From: a virus
Virus record (IMG/VR): IMGVR_UViG_3300027908_000021
Coordinates: 1 to 64,000 of that record
Length of the DNA stretch: 64,000 nucleotides
Direction: 5' to 3' (one strand)
The notes below the pieces were generated by a model. The model did no database searches. It was given only the letters and a program-made list of their open reading frames with translations, and was not told where the DNA came from. The position numbers and the translations under genes are program-made. Below, in pieces: positions 19,203 to 27,515 of the stretch (position 1 is its first letter; each line of letters starts with the position of its first letter).

Positions 19203-20686
19203 TTCAAAACCTCAGCATTAATTTCTTTGAAAAGCCGTTCCTGTTCCTCGGTATCTTGCTGAACGCGATGAGCCTTGCTCAAAACGGTGTCGATCATCGG
19301 ACGCTCAATAGGAAGCACGGGAAGATGTACGTTCAACGGCAACAAGGAACCCACGCGGTTGCTTCTCTTCACGCACTGGTAGTACGTTAAATAACTGTCA
19401 ACCAGACTGCTAAAAACCTGTCGAGTGGCTTTTTGCAAATTCAGACCAAAACCAAGCACTTTTCCTTTTGAGATAAGAACCTTTCGCCGTCCACTCTTAA
19501 AGTCGTCGATCAATGTTTCGCGTTTATGTAACGACGTAGTTCCATGAATACTTGCAGCATCAGGAAACAATCTCTCTAACGCTTGCTGCTCTTTATTAAA
19601 GAGGCACCAAATAATTGTCGATTCACTGTCCGACCACGAATCGACGCGATCTTTAATGTACTGCGGTTTTAGAGTATCAACAACAGTCCCTTTGTAGTTG
19701 CCCTTAGCCAACTGCGACAGCATCGACCGTCCAGTTATACCGCCCGTTTGATAGCTAAAAAACCCGTTTCTCGGTGCAAGCCTCTTTTGATCTTCTGTCA
19801 ACCTGACATCTTCAATGTGAACGTGGATCGGCGGTATTTTGCCTACATTGTCTTTCCATCCGTAGGTTGCCGGGTTAGTTAAGAAAATACACCAATCAGA
19901 CAAAGAACGGTAGAACGGCCTCAATGCGTGCGGTTTCAGTTCCCAACGATTAGCCGTCTCTCCACGATTGATAAAAAACTTGGCAAGAAAGCTGTTGATT
20001 GTAGGAAACCTATCAAGAAAGACGGAATGGTTGGCAAACTCAATGCGATCATTCGGAGCGGGCGTGCCAGTTAGAGCGAGTTTCCATTCCAGCCCTTTGC
20101 CTAAACGCACGCATGTTTGCGACCACTTACCGTAAGAGGACGATAGCGTGTGGGCTTCGTCACATATCAACGCACCTAACCGACCTTGCGGCGTTTCCGC
20201 ACTCAACCCGTCATAATTAGTAATCCCAACTCGGCCCTTCCCACCGACAAGCCATAGGGCTAAATCTCGTGCTGCAATTTGCTCTACTTTAAAGCTTTCG
20301 CCGTAAAACCGTCTCAACTCCCCCATAGCCTGTTTTACAACCATCAACGGACACACTATCAACACACACTTATCTTTTGACAAAACCTCAGAAACATATC
20401 GAGCAAATTCAAAAGCAATTAGTTGTTTTCCCATTCCGCAGTCCATGTAGACCGCATACTTGCGTTTCTGAATAGCCAGCTTGGTTATTGCTAACTGATA
20501 GTCAAAAAGACCTTTGATCGGTTCGTACTCGTGCTCTTTGCTTTTCGGTACGCTCACGCCTAACAATCGGGCATAGGAGTCGGGAAATTGAGCAGTACGG
20601 CCCTTGAACCGGTACTGAGGAAAAGACTTTATTTTGAGAAAAGTTTTGTAGTCTTCTAACGACTTAGGGCTTAGTACTAAATCCAT
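19190..20686 (-). CDS. SNF2/DEAD-like helicase
   Basis: DCGMGKQLIA, LICDEAHTLS, ALTGTPAPN, C-terminal helicase domain. Start set to ATG 20686, which overlaps the clamp stop. Confidence 0.75.
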   Translation of the reverse strand: MDLVLSPKSLEDYKTFLKIKSFPQYRFKGRTAQFPDSYARLLGVSVPKSKEHEYEPIKGLFDYQLAITKLAIQKRKYAVYMDCGMGKQLIAFEFARYVSEVLSKDKCVLIVCPLMVVKQAMGELRRFYGESFKVEQIAARDLALWLVGGKGRVGITNYDGLSAETPQGRLGALICDEAHTLSSSYGKWSQTCVRLGKGLEWKLALTGTPAPNDRIEFANHSVFLDRFPTINSFLAKFFINRGETANRWELKPHALRPFYRSLSDWCIFLTNPATYGWKDNVGKIPPIHVHIEDVRLTEDQKRLAPRNGFFSYQTGGITGRSMLSQLAKGNYKGTVVDTLKPQYIKDRVDSWSDSESTIIWCLFNKEQQALERLFPDAASIHGTTSLHKRETLIDDFKSGRRKVLISKGKVLGFGLNLQKATRQVFSSLVDSYLTYYQCVKRSNRVGSLLPLNVHLPVLPIERPMIDTVLSKAHRVQQDTEEQERLFKEINAEVLKCNV

Positions 20687-21759
20687 CAATCGCCCTCCGA
20701 CACTGCCCCAACCTTGCCGCTCGTTTGATGTGTACAAATCAAGTAGATAAAATTTCCCTTGCTCAACTTCACGCACTCCGGCACAATGGCAATCTTATCC
20801 GCCAACTCAAGACCTTTGGCGACCAGATCGGGGCTTACAAACACGTCGGCGTTTTCGTGCTCACAATCAATACTGTCCCGCACGTCGCCAGCGTCCGATT
20901 CCGTTTCCAGCTTCAAAGTACCGTCGTTGATGATTATACGAGTGTGCGGCACCTTGCTGTACTTCGCGGCCATTGACGCACGCTCCAAGGCTCGGTCAAG
21001 AAACTCCGGAATATCAACTGAGTTTTTAGTACGGTTCTGTATCTCCGCAATCGTTTCTACATAATCTTTGTCAGACTGACCGGCAACCGTTTTAGTAAAC
21101 AACCGCAAGCCTGATTGGAACCGAACTTCTCCCCACTCATCAGAAATCAGAAGTTTAGTGGGAATATCGGTTTTCGCCAGTGACAGCAGTAAATCGACGA
21201 ACCTAGGCGGGAAGAGGATTGCGTCCTTTCTGTCGCCTTTGGTGTTGCCGATCACATCGCGGGCGATGGTTTTAGTATCGGTGGCGTAGAGAATGTAGCC
21301 GTTGCCTTTCGGCGTCACCATTACGCCGTACCGCCATTGCTGCTTATCGTCGCGGCCCATCGAAATCGATACGCGGCTTAGAGCGGATAGAAAAGCATCG
21401 TTGACGGTCAATTCGGTTGCTTTCGATAGATCAGGTTCGACGAAAAGAAAAGAGGATTCCGGCAGTAGAGGGGTGTCTAGTTTAGCTCGTGCGGCTTTGA
21501 ATAGAATCGTGCGGTCGTTGGGAGTGATTTCTACGTCTTTAGCCTTGCTGGATGAAAGAAAGTCTCTCAACATGCCGCCCTTGATGCCGCCGGTAATACC
21601 TAATTTTGCCGGATAGTGGATTGCCGAAATATCGTCGAACGTATAGACGGAATCTTTAGTAAAACAAAAGCAATCGTGAATCGGTACTTTTGTCTTGTCA
21701 GACAGACACGCGTCGATTCGCTTGAGTATCGCCAGTAAGTTTTCACGGTCTAGTTTCAT
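20686..21759 (-). CDS. dnaN: DNA polymerase III beta sliding clamp-like protein
   Basis: 357 aa. MKLDRENLLAILKRI.., YILYATDTKTIAR (compare ATDghRLa), AILFPPRFVDLL and FTKTVAGQSDKDY (compare LidGrFPdY) are colinear with DnaN. Confidence 0.6.
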   Translation of the reverse strand: MKLDRENLLAILKRIDACLSDKTKVPIHDCFCFTKDSVYTFDDISAIHYPAKLGITGGIKGGMLRDFLSSSKAKDVEITPNDRTILFKAARAKLDTPLLPESSFLFVEPDLSKATELTVNDAFLSALSRVSISMGRDDKQQWRYGVMVTPKGNGYILYATDTKTIARDVIGNTKGDRKDAILFPPRFVDLLLSLAKTDIPTKLLISDEWGEVRFQSGLRLFTKTVAGQSDKDYVETIAEIQNRTKNSVDIPEFLDRALERASMAAKYSKVPHTRIIINDGTLKLETESDAGDVRDSIDCEHENADVFVSPDLVAKGLELADKIAIVPECVKLSKGNFIYLICTHQTSGKVGAVSEGD

Positions 21760-21953
21760 TGCTTGACGTTTCCAGCAAAATTTTCTAGTTCTTCGACGAA
21801 CACAGAAAGTTGTTGTATTTTGAGAACACCGACAGCAAACATCGTGTCGTATAAACTATCACCAATCATGTCCGCTTCACCTTTGAGATTAGCCAAACAT
21901 TGCAGATCGTCACCAATTTCACCCTCCACCACAATTGTTACACGCACTTTCAT
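21756..21953 (-). CDS. hypothetical protein
   Basis: 65-aa ORF with a 4-nt overlap with the clamp gene. Confidence 0.35.
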   Translation of the reverse strand: MKVRVTIVVEGEIGDDLQCLANLKGEADMIGDSLYDTMFAVGVLKIQQLSVFVEELENFAGNVKQ

Positions 21954-21968
21954 ACAAACCTTTCTGTT

Positions 21969-22061
21969 TCACGGATAAATCCTCTCAAAGACGAAGCACG
22001 CGAGGACTAAAAGTAAAGAAATACCTGTAACAATCAGTAAACATACAAGTCCGGAGTCCAT
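21969..22061 (-). CDS. 30-aa single-TM micro-ORF
   Basis: Own translation gives MDSGLVCLLIVTGISLLLVLACFVFERIYP. TAGGAG lies 7 nt upstream. Confidence 0.35.
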   Translation of the reverse strand: MDSGLVCLLIVTGISLLLVLACFVFERIYP

Positions 22062-22069
22062 AATAACTC

Positions 22070-22693
22070 CTAGCACGAACATGAAAAGTATTTTGGTCGA
22101 AGCGTGCATTTCTTACCTGTCACTACTTCGACATGTTCCCAAAACTCATCAGGTATTTCCGAATGAGCTTCCCTGCCGATAAAAGTAAGATACTCACCGT
22201 CATTGTAATAAGCTTGTTCTCCATACCCGCCGACTTCTGCAACAGGATCGCCCACAGCAGCAGCAAGTACTACAGCATAGTCAGGACAATCCGCCGTGCT
22301 GCAAAAAGAGCGAAGCCAAGACTCAGATGCCGATTTATCGACAACTTTCGGCACAACCGCATCCTCCCTAAAATCAGGGTGCGTCCAGTCATGCCGAAGC
22401 GACGTGATCGATCCGGGCTTTAGGTACATCCAAAACCGCTCTCCCGGCAAAACAACATGTTGCAGAAAAGGATCGACAACCCCTACGTAATCATCGCCCC
22501 GATCCACCGCCTTCACCTTGTCCACACTACCATGTTCACAAAATACAAGATAATTTCCGGGGAATAAAGTCTCCGTTGCCGTAACAGGAGCAACGGCAAT
22601 ATGAATCGCGTCCCGATTAGCAGAACCAACGATCAGCTTTCCCAAACCTATATCGCTCACCCTACACCAACCCTTTCTAGTAATATAAAGCAA
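22070..22693 (-). CDS. hypothetical protein
   Basis: 207-aa ORF. The TTG track start is doubtful; an internal GTG (VSDIGLGK) is possible. Confidence 0.45.
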   Translation of the reverse strand: MLYITRKGWCRVSDIGLGKLIVGSANRDAIHIAVAPVTATETLFPGNYLVFCEHGSVDKVKAVDRGDDYVGVVDPFLQHVVLPGERFWMYLKPGSITSLRHDWTHPDFREDAVVPKVVDKSASESWLRSFCSTADCPDYAVVLAAAVGDPVAEVGGYGEQAYYNDGEYLTFIGREAHSEIPDEFWEHVEVVTGKKCTLRPKYFSCSC

Positions 22694-22863
22694 GCAGCGG
22701 CGGTACTCCTACCGCTCTTTGTCTGCAATGTTTAGTAGCAGAGTATTCACTTAATCGCGTCAAAACCTTCGGCTGGACAGATTTTGAGTTAAACCCGATC
22801 AAGGATTCTTTCAACCGAACAACGCCGAGTACGCTTTAGAACTGCCTGCCTAAGTACTAAAAA

Positions 22864-22896
22864 CGGGAAGGGTCAATGTACGTTATCAACCCTTCC
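22864..22896 (-). terminator. rho-independent terminator
   Basis: GGGAAGGGT-15 nt-ACCCTTCCC followed on the minus strand by GTTTTTAG, about 180 nt downstream of the 23075 stop. Confidence 0.55.
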
Positions 22897-23074
22897 CGTC
22901 GTCAACTTCAAAACCGCAAAATATTAAAAGTTGGCGTCGTGTTCATCCACGACACTGCTTAGATACGGCTGACCTACACCGTTATAATATAAACCCTTGC
23001 GGGCGACCCCTAGTCCTCTGTCAGAGTCTAGTCATTTCTCTAAGCTGACCTGTCACCAGATCGCCAACTATTAC

Positions 23075-23833
23075 TTACTTAGTCTTCGGAGCCGTCCAGC
23101 CGAGTTCCTTGAGAATGGTAATCGTGTTGTGAGTACCGTACCAAAGAGTGTTGGCCGATGCTTCGGTGATTTCAAAGTTATTCTTGCGAACCGTGGCGAG
23201 AATAGTTTCCTTTTTCGCCTCCGGGTACTTACAAATCAGCCGTTGCATGAACTTACCAGCAGACGGCTTTTTCGGCTGTTCCGGCTCAACGGCAGCAGGC
23301 TTTTCAACTACGGGCCGTGCAACCGTCTTTCGGGCAATAGGCTTCTCTTCCTCAGGTTCCGCACGCCTGACGGAAGGACGGGTGGACGGTTTGGGGGCGA
23401 CCGGCTTTTCCTCCGGTTCCTCTTCAATGGTTTCATCAAGAGGAGGAGCGTCTTCCGCCAGCTCGTCGATCACTTCTTCGGCAGGCTTTTCCTTGGCAGG
23501 CCGTCCGCGACGTGCTGTAGGCTTTGGTTCCGGTTCTTCCAACACTTCCGGTTCTTCGATAATTTCTTCATCGAGAACTTCCAGAGCTTCCTCATCGGGG
23601 AAATCAGGAATATCCTTCTTATCGCGGTAGGCGTTTGCTCCGGCAGTGCACCACTTTTGAGTAGGGTCTTCCCGGAGAGCGTTCCACTGGTCGTCGGAGA
23701 ACTTTTCTCCGTCCGATGTAGCCAAAACAAGACGTTCCAGATACGCTTGCCGGTCTTCCTTCTTGCCTTGCGGCTTTTCCTTAGTCGCCTCAAGAATCTC
23801 ATCCTCAATCGTCATCGTATCAGTCTCAGGCAT
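23075..23833 (-). CDS. acidic Pro/Glu/Lys-rich protein with an AT-hook-like RRGRPAK
   Basis: Start set to ATG 23833 (GGGAGCTACT upstream). Disordered PEEKP repeats and a folded-looking C-terminal ~70 aa. Confidence 0.5.
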   Translation of the reverse strand: MPETDTMTIEDEILEATKEKPQGKKEDRQAYLERLVLATSDGEKFSDDQWNALREDPTQKWCTAGANAYRDKKDIPDFPDEEALEVLDEEIIEEPEVLEEPEPKPTARRGRPAKEKPAEEVIDELAEDAPPLDETIEEEPEEKPVAPKPSTRPSVRRAEPEEEKPIARKTVARPVVEKPAAVEPEQPKKPSAGKFMQRLICKYPEAKKETILATVRKNNFEITEASANTLWYGTHNTITILKELGWTAPKTK

Positions 23834-23902
23834 AGTAGCTCCCAATAAAAGGGGGTTTTTATTCGCCGCCCTAACATTAGGATCGGCTTTCTTATCGACA
23901 GT

Positions 23903-23910
23903 ATTATACA
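23903..23910 (-). promoter_or_regulatory. extended -10 TGTATAAT promoter
   Basis: Minus strand reads tgTATAATactgtcg, ~70 nt upstream of ATG 23833. It produces the spurious MYN.. track start. Confidence 0.4.
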
Positions 23911-23960
23911 CGAGTTTTAGTCGGATGTTTTAGAAAATTCAGAATCCCTTTCATAAACAA

Positions 23961-24530
23961 TCACACAACCTTTCTAACTGGCCTTTCGAGCCATTCCAAA
24001 ATTTCGCCCACAATGTCCCTACCGGCTTCCACGCCAGCAATCCGGCAGAGATAATCACTCAACGACTCTTTACGCTTACCTCTTGATTGTACTGCGGGAC
24101 GTTCTTTCGCATCCACCAGTTTAGTCAAAATATTCGCGATATGCGGAGGAGCCTCTTTCTTGTGCATTTCCAGTTCTACTTGCGACATGCCGTCTCGTGC
24201 TAACTCGACAGCAAAGGCGTCATCCGGACGGCCATCGGTGCCGATCAAAGTAGTGAACGGAATGCCAACCTTCTTCGGTCGTTTCACCGCAATCGACGAA
24301 AGCCTGTTTAGGTACGTGCGGCGGAACAAAGCTCCGAAATGACCGGGTTTGGTAACGTTGGGATAGCGGTTGACAACGATACAATAACTAAGACGTGCCT
24401 CAGAAATCAAATCCGACAGATCGTAATCCGGTACACATCGCCACAGTTGCGACAAGGCAACCTTCTTTGCCCATCGAAATATCGAACCTTCAAACGGTGG
24501 ACGTGTTCTTTCTAACTTCACCCTTTCCAT
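23961..24530 (-). CDS. possible ECF-like sigma factor / transcription regulator
   Basis: DLSDLISEARLSYCIVVNRYP...FGALFRRTYLNRL resembles sigma region 2. Weak, judged by eye only. Confidence 0.3.
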   Translation of the reverse strand: MERVKLERTRPPFEGSIFRWAKKVALSQLWRCVPDYDLSDLISEARLSYCIVVNRYPNVTKPGHFGALFRRTYLNRLSSIAVKRPKKVGIPFTTLIGTDGRPDDAFAVELARDGMSQVELEMHKKEAPPHIANILTKLVDAKERPAVQSRGKRKESLSDYLCRIAGVEAGRDIVGEILEWLERPVRKVV

Positions 24531-24552
24531 CTGTCACCTTTCCTTTCTTATT

Positions 24553-25026
24553 TTAAATACCCTCAGCCTGCTTGTATCGGTCGTAAGCAGCTCCTTCTCG
24601 CATAAAACCGGTTACTTTCTTACTTACAGGATCTTTAGAAACAAAAACTTTTCCGGGTTGATGCGTTTCACCGCCGCCTTTTACAGGAAAATCATTCATT
24701 ACCATTCCATGCTTTTTCTTCATCCAATCCTCGAAGTGACCGCGACGAGCAAGTTCATTTTCAGCATCGGATATTTCTTTCTCCAATCCTTCACGATAAG
24801 GGCTGTCTTTCGCCGTAACGGTCAAAAGCCCTTTCTGCTGGTTAATCCAACGATGACTTATTTTTTTAGGGACGCCTGCCCCTTGCTTTGCAGCCAGAAG
24901 TGCTTTTTGTGCGGGAGTGGAGGCCATGTTAGAAACAATTGGAATATGCTCACCGTTAATCGTTACCCAATGGTCCACAGGAGCGTCGTTTGATAGATTT
25001 TGAGCAAATCGACTAAGCAGCATCAT
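24553..25026 (-). CDS. hypothetical protein
   Basis: 157-aa ORF with GAAAGG just upstream of tandem ATGs. Confidence 0.4.
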   Translation of the reverse strand: MMLLSRFAQNLSNDAPVDHWVTINGEHIPIVSNMASTPAQKALLAAKQGAGVPKKISHRWINQQKGLLTVTAKDSPYREGLEKEISDAENELARRGHFEDWMKKKHGMVMNDFPVKGGGETHQPGKVFVSKDPVSKKVTGFMREGAAYDRYKQAEGI

Positions 25027-25069
25027 CAACCTTTCTGTTAAACTCTAAAGCTATAGAAAAACTTCAAAT

Positions 25070-25097
25070 ATCGTAGCAAGTAAAAAGCGAAAATCAA
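25070..25097 (-). promoter_or_regulatory. sigma70-type promoter (TTGATT-16-TACGAT)
   Basis: Minus strand reads ccccTTGATTttcgctttttacttgcTACGAT, in the 75-nt intergenic gap. Confidence 0.35.
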
Positions 25098-25104
25098 GGG
25101 GTTC

Positions 25105-26079
25105 TTACAAACCACAGACACTTTTCAAAAACGGTACTACAGCGTCATTTTCTAGATCGTCCGGCCCGTTAACACCTTCCGGCAGAAAGATGCTTTCCGC
25201 TCCGAACATCGACAACCGCGAAGCTAGATCAAAAGATGTGGCTTCGGCCTTTGGGTCAAACAAAATGAAGATTTTCTCGAATTTCGGTGCCAGCCGGTAC
25301 AAGAGGGAGACTTGATTTTCGGTAAAACTAACGCCCATCAAAGCAACGGCCCTTATCCCCAACGCCTGCCCGTAGTAATCGCACCTGACAGCCCCAAACG
25401 GCCCTTCGACCACTACAAGAGCTTTCCCGCCGTTAAAAGCTTTGCTGTAGTTGAATAGCAGCTTTTTGACCGTCTCACCCGGATAAGAAATGTATCTGAG
25501 CTTGGCCGGAGCTACGGCTCTGGCTTGGAATCCTAAAATCAAATCTTTCTTGAGCAGGATCGGCAGTATTATTCTCTGCTTATACTCCCCAAACCTTACA
25601 AAATTCAGACGGTACTTTTCGCAAACAAAGGGAATGTCCTTCTCCGGGTACTTGCGTTCATACCTCAGGTAATTCCACGCAATACCGCCCGGATTGATTG
25701 CCTCAGACTCTTTCGGCAACGGTTGAATCTTATAACCGCCTAGCCTCGTGTGTGGTTTATCGACGTAGCTTAACTCCCGCTCCATTGCCTCAAAAGTATC
25801 GGTTGACGGGGAGGGGTCGGCACTGCCGCCGGTTATCCGTTTTGCTTCGTCCCAACCACAACCCGTCAGTTTTTGTACTAATACGGTTGCATTTCCGCGA
25901 TGTTCTCGGTTTCTCAGACAGCCGTAAAACCCGGTACTCGGATCACAACCTAAATGCTCGGAAGGATCATTGCCGCAAAACGGACAGGCTATACTTATCC
26001 AGCCACGTTTAGTATTCTTCCCTTCCGTCACAAAAGGGACGTTGATCGATTGGAAGAAGCTGGTGTAGTCGAATCTCAT
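25105..26079 (-). CDS. DNA primase (zinc-binding domain plus TOPRIM)
   Basis: CPFCGNDPSEH..GCLRNREH zinc motif, VVVEGPFGAVR (Toprim Glu), ILFDPKAEA. Confidence 0.65.
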   Translation of the reverse strand: MRFDYTSFFQSINVPFVTEGKNTKRGWISIACPFCGNDPSEHLGCDPSTGFYGCLRNREHRGNATVLVQKLTGCGWDEAKRITGGSADPSPSTDTFEAMERELSYVDKPHTRLGGYKIQPLPKESEAINPGGIAWNYLRYERKYPEKDIPFVCEKYRLNFVRFGEYKQRIILPILLKKDLILGFQARAVAPAKLRYISYPGETVKKLLFNYSKAFNGGKALVVVEGPFGAVRCDYYGQALGIRAVALMGVSFTENQVSLLYRLAPKFEKIFILFDPKAEATSFDLASRLSMFGAESIFLPEGVNGPDDLENDAVVPFLKSVCGL

Positions 26080-26086
26080 GTATTGC

Positions 26087-26242
26087 TTAAAACGGATACC
26101 CGTCAGTTACATCGAACTGCATCGTATCTCTATTACTTGTAATCGCCTTACACCTTTTACAAATCGTCGCGTGACTTTTTTGTCCGCAATGATGTACTGA
26201 TAGGCTTTCTCCCACGCTTCCTGTCTCGGATACCTGCCCCAT
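26087..26242 (-). CDS. 51-aa hypothetical protein
   Basis: Own translation gives MGQVSETGSVGESLSVHHCGQKSHATICKRCKAITSNRDTMQFDVTDGYPF. It is preceded by the same 36-nt UTR with GAAAGG as the pentapeptide gene. Confidence 0.3.
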   Translation of the reverse strand: MGQVSETGSVGESLSVHHCGQKSHATICKRCKAITSNRDTMQFDVTDGYPF

Positions 26243-26280
26243 CCGAACCTTTCTTTAGTAAAACAATGTAAACACTAAAG

Positions 26281-26352
26281 TGTGGCTGTCGGATGTCGAA
26301 CCGAATCTCTCGGGCTTCAACCGAGTGCTTTTACCAATTAAGCTACAGCCAC
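26281..26352 (-). tRNA. tRNA-Phe (anticodon GAA)
   Basis: Minus strand reads GTGGCTG-TA-GCTT..AAGC-A-CTCGG-TTGAAGC-CCGAG-..GGTTCGACATCC..-CAGCCAC-A. Perfect acceptor and anticodon stems, slightly irregular T arm, no encoded CCA. Confidence 0.75.
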
Positions 26353-26455
26353 AATAAAACTTGCGGCGTTAGAGCGTCCTCCATCTTTATTCCTCGCAAT
26401 GCTCTACGAACAATGCTGAACCTATCCGACTTTGGACCGCAAGTTACGCGTTTTT

Positions 26456-26951
26456 TTACTTAACAGCACATTCCCCAACTTCCGGCACGCCCTTCGGACG
26501 CGGAATCCAACCAGCATCGAAATAAGTAACGAACTGCCGTGCTCGCGGTTGATGCAGTATCGGAATCTTTGACGAACAATCAACGCTAAAAGCGTGTGCC
26601 ATCGGGCAGTTAGTCCAAGAATGACAACCCCACGACTCGCCAAACGATTCTAACGCCTTACCCGCAGCCGTAAGCAAAGCAGGAACAACTTCTTCAAGGT
26701 AAGTCTTCCACGACTCGCCCGTCTCAATGATGGTTTTCTCATCAAACTTCAAGTTGGCACCCTTCAAGTTTGGCACCCTCCAAGTAGGCACCCTTCAAGT
26801 TGGCACCCTCCAAGTAGGCACCCTTCAAGTTGGCACCCTCCAAGTAGGCACCCTTTTCAACCGCCACCTCAGTAGCCGCCCGCAAAGTTTCTGCCTCACC
26901 CGTCCACAAAACCGCACCTGTAATTTTGTGCGTGATTGAAATCGTACCCAT
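26456..26951 (-). pseudogene. pentapeptide-repeat protein gene split by a 1-nt insertion (ORFs 26742..26951 and 26456..26791)
   Basis: GAYLEGANLK repeats. An extra T at 26769-26771 (aagtttggc versus aagttggc in the other copies) shifts the frame. Removing it joins ..GANLKGANLKFDEKTIIETG.. Confidence 0.6.
26747..26855. repeat. tandem 30-bp repeat (about 3.5 copies, each two 15-bp half-units)
   Basis: ccttcaagttggcaccctccaagtaggcac is repeated at 26761 (31 nt), 26792 and 26822, with partial copies at both ends. It encodes the pentapeptide repeats. Confidence 0.9.
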
Positions 26952-26989
26952 AAAACACCGAACCTTTCTTTAGTAAAACAATGTGAACA

Positions 26990-27451
26990 CTAAACCAACG
27001 CATCAATTAGAACACGTCCTTTTCCGCCTTCGCGTGCCTCAAGAGAAAACTGATTTACGCTAAAACCGATGCCCGTCGCTTCCATCAAAACAGTTTCGAG
27101 TTTGATTGCCTTCGTTTCCAGTGCTGCTCCGTTTTTGCCAGCACCGCGAGCGGTATAACCTTGAAACGCAATAAAACGAAACTTCAACGTACCCGGAATC
27201 GGCGTTGCTGTAATATTTACCTTGACTTTACTTCCATTGTCAGGCAAGTATTGAGTAAGCGTGTCGATTTCCAGCCCCGCCCCAGTCAAAGCAGTGACAA
27301 GCGACGGCAGCTTTTCCTTCAAACGAGCAAGAGCGTTTTTATAATTCTCTTGTTGCGTTTGAATAGCAGCGATTGCGTCCGCCGATTTCTTCTCAAAGGC
27401 AGCGTAAGACTTGTCCAGTTCCGACTCGATTGCTTCCGTCTGAATTGCCAT
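26990..27451 (-). CDS. hypothetical protein
   Basis: 153-aa ORF with its own promoter and a GAAAGGA RBS. Confidence 0.45.
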   Translation of the reverse strand: MAIQTEAIESELDKSYAAFEKKSADAIAAIQTQQENYKNALARLKEKLPSLVTALTGAGLEIDTLTQYLPDNGSKVKVNITATPIPGTLKFRFIAFQGYTARGAGKNGAALETKAIKLETVLMEATGIGFSVNQFSLEAREGGKGRVLIDALV

Positions 27452-27478
27452 TTAGTTCCTTTCGTTTGAACTTTGAAT

Positions 27479-27507
27479 ACTGTATCGTACTAAATCCGCT
27501 CTGTCAA
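27479..27507 (-). promoter_or_regulatory. sigma70-type promoter (TTGACA-17-TACAGT) with the shared UTR
   Basis: Minus strand reads aaatttagttaaaattgttgTTGACAgagcggatttagtacgaTACAGTattcaaagttcaaacgaaaggaactaaATG. Confidence 0.55.
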
Positions 27508-27515
27508 CAACAATT

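Noticed and set aside
17224-20686. SNF2 helicase plus two DNA methyltransferases as a DISARM/BREX-like defence island
   Set aside because: No DUF1998, PLD, PglZ, PglX or Lon-like partners are present. The genes are embedded and translationally coupled between the polymerase and sliding-clamp genes, which fits phage replication and self-methylation better.
22997-23848. 283-aa plus-strand ORF (and 23148..23630)
   Set aside because: It is the mirror image of the acidic Pro/Glu/Lys-repeat gene on the minus strand. Its R/F/L/S-rich low complexity is the complement of the E/K/P codons.
26747-26855. Possible CRISPR-like or satellite array (30-bp repeats)
   Set aside because: The repeats are contiguous with no spacers and are in-frame coding sequence for pentapeptide repeats. 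There are no cas genes.
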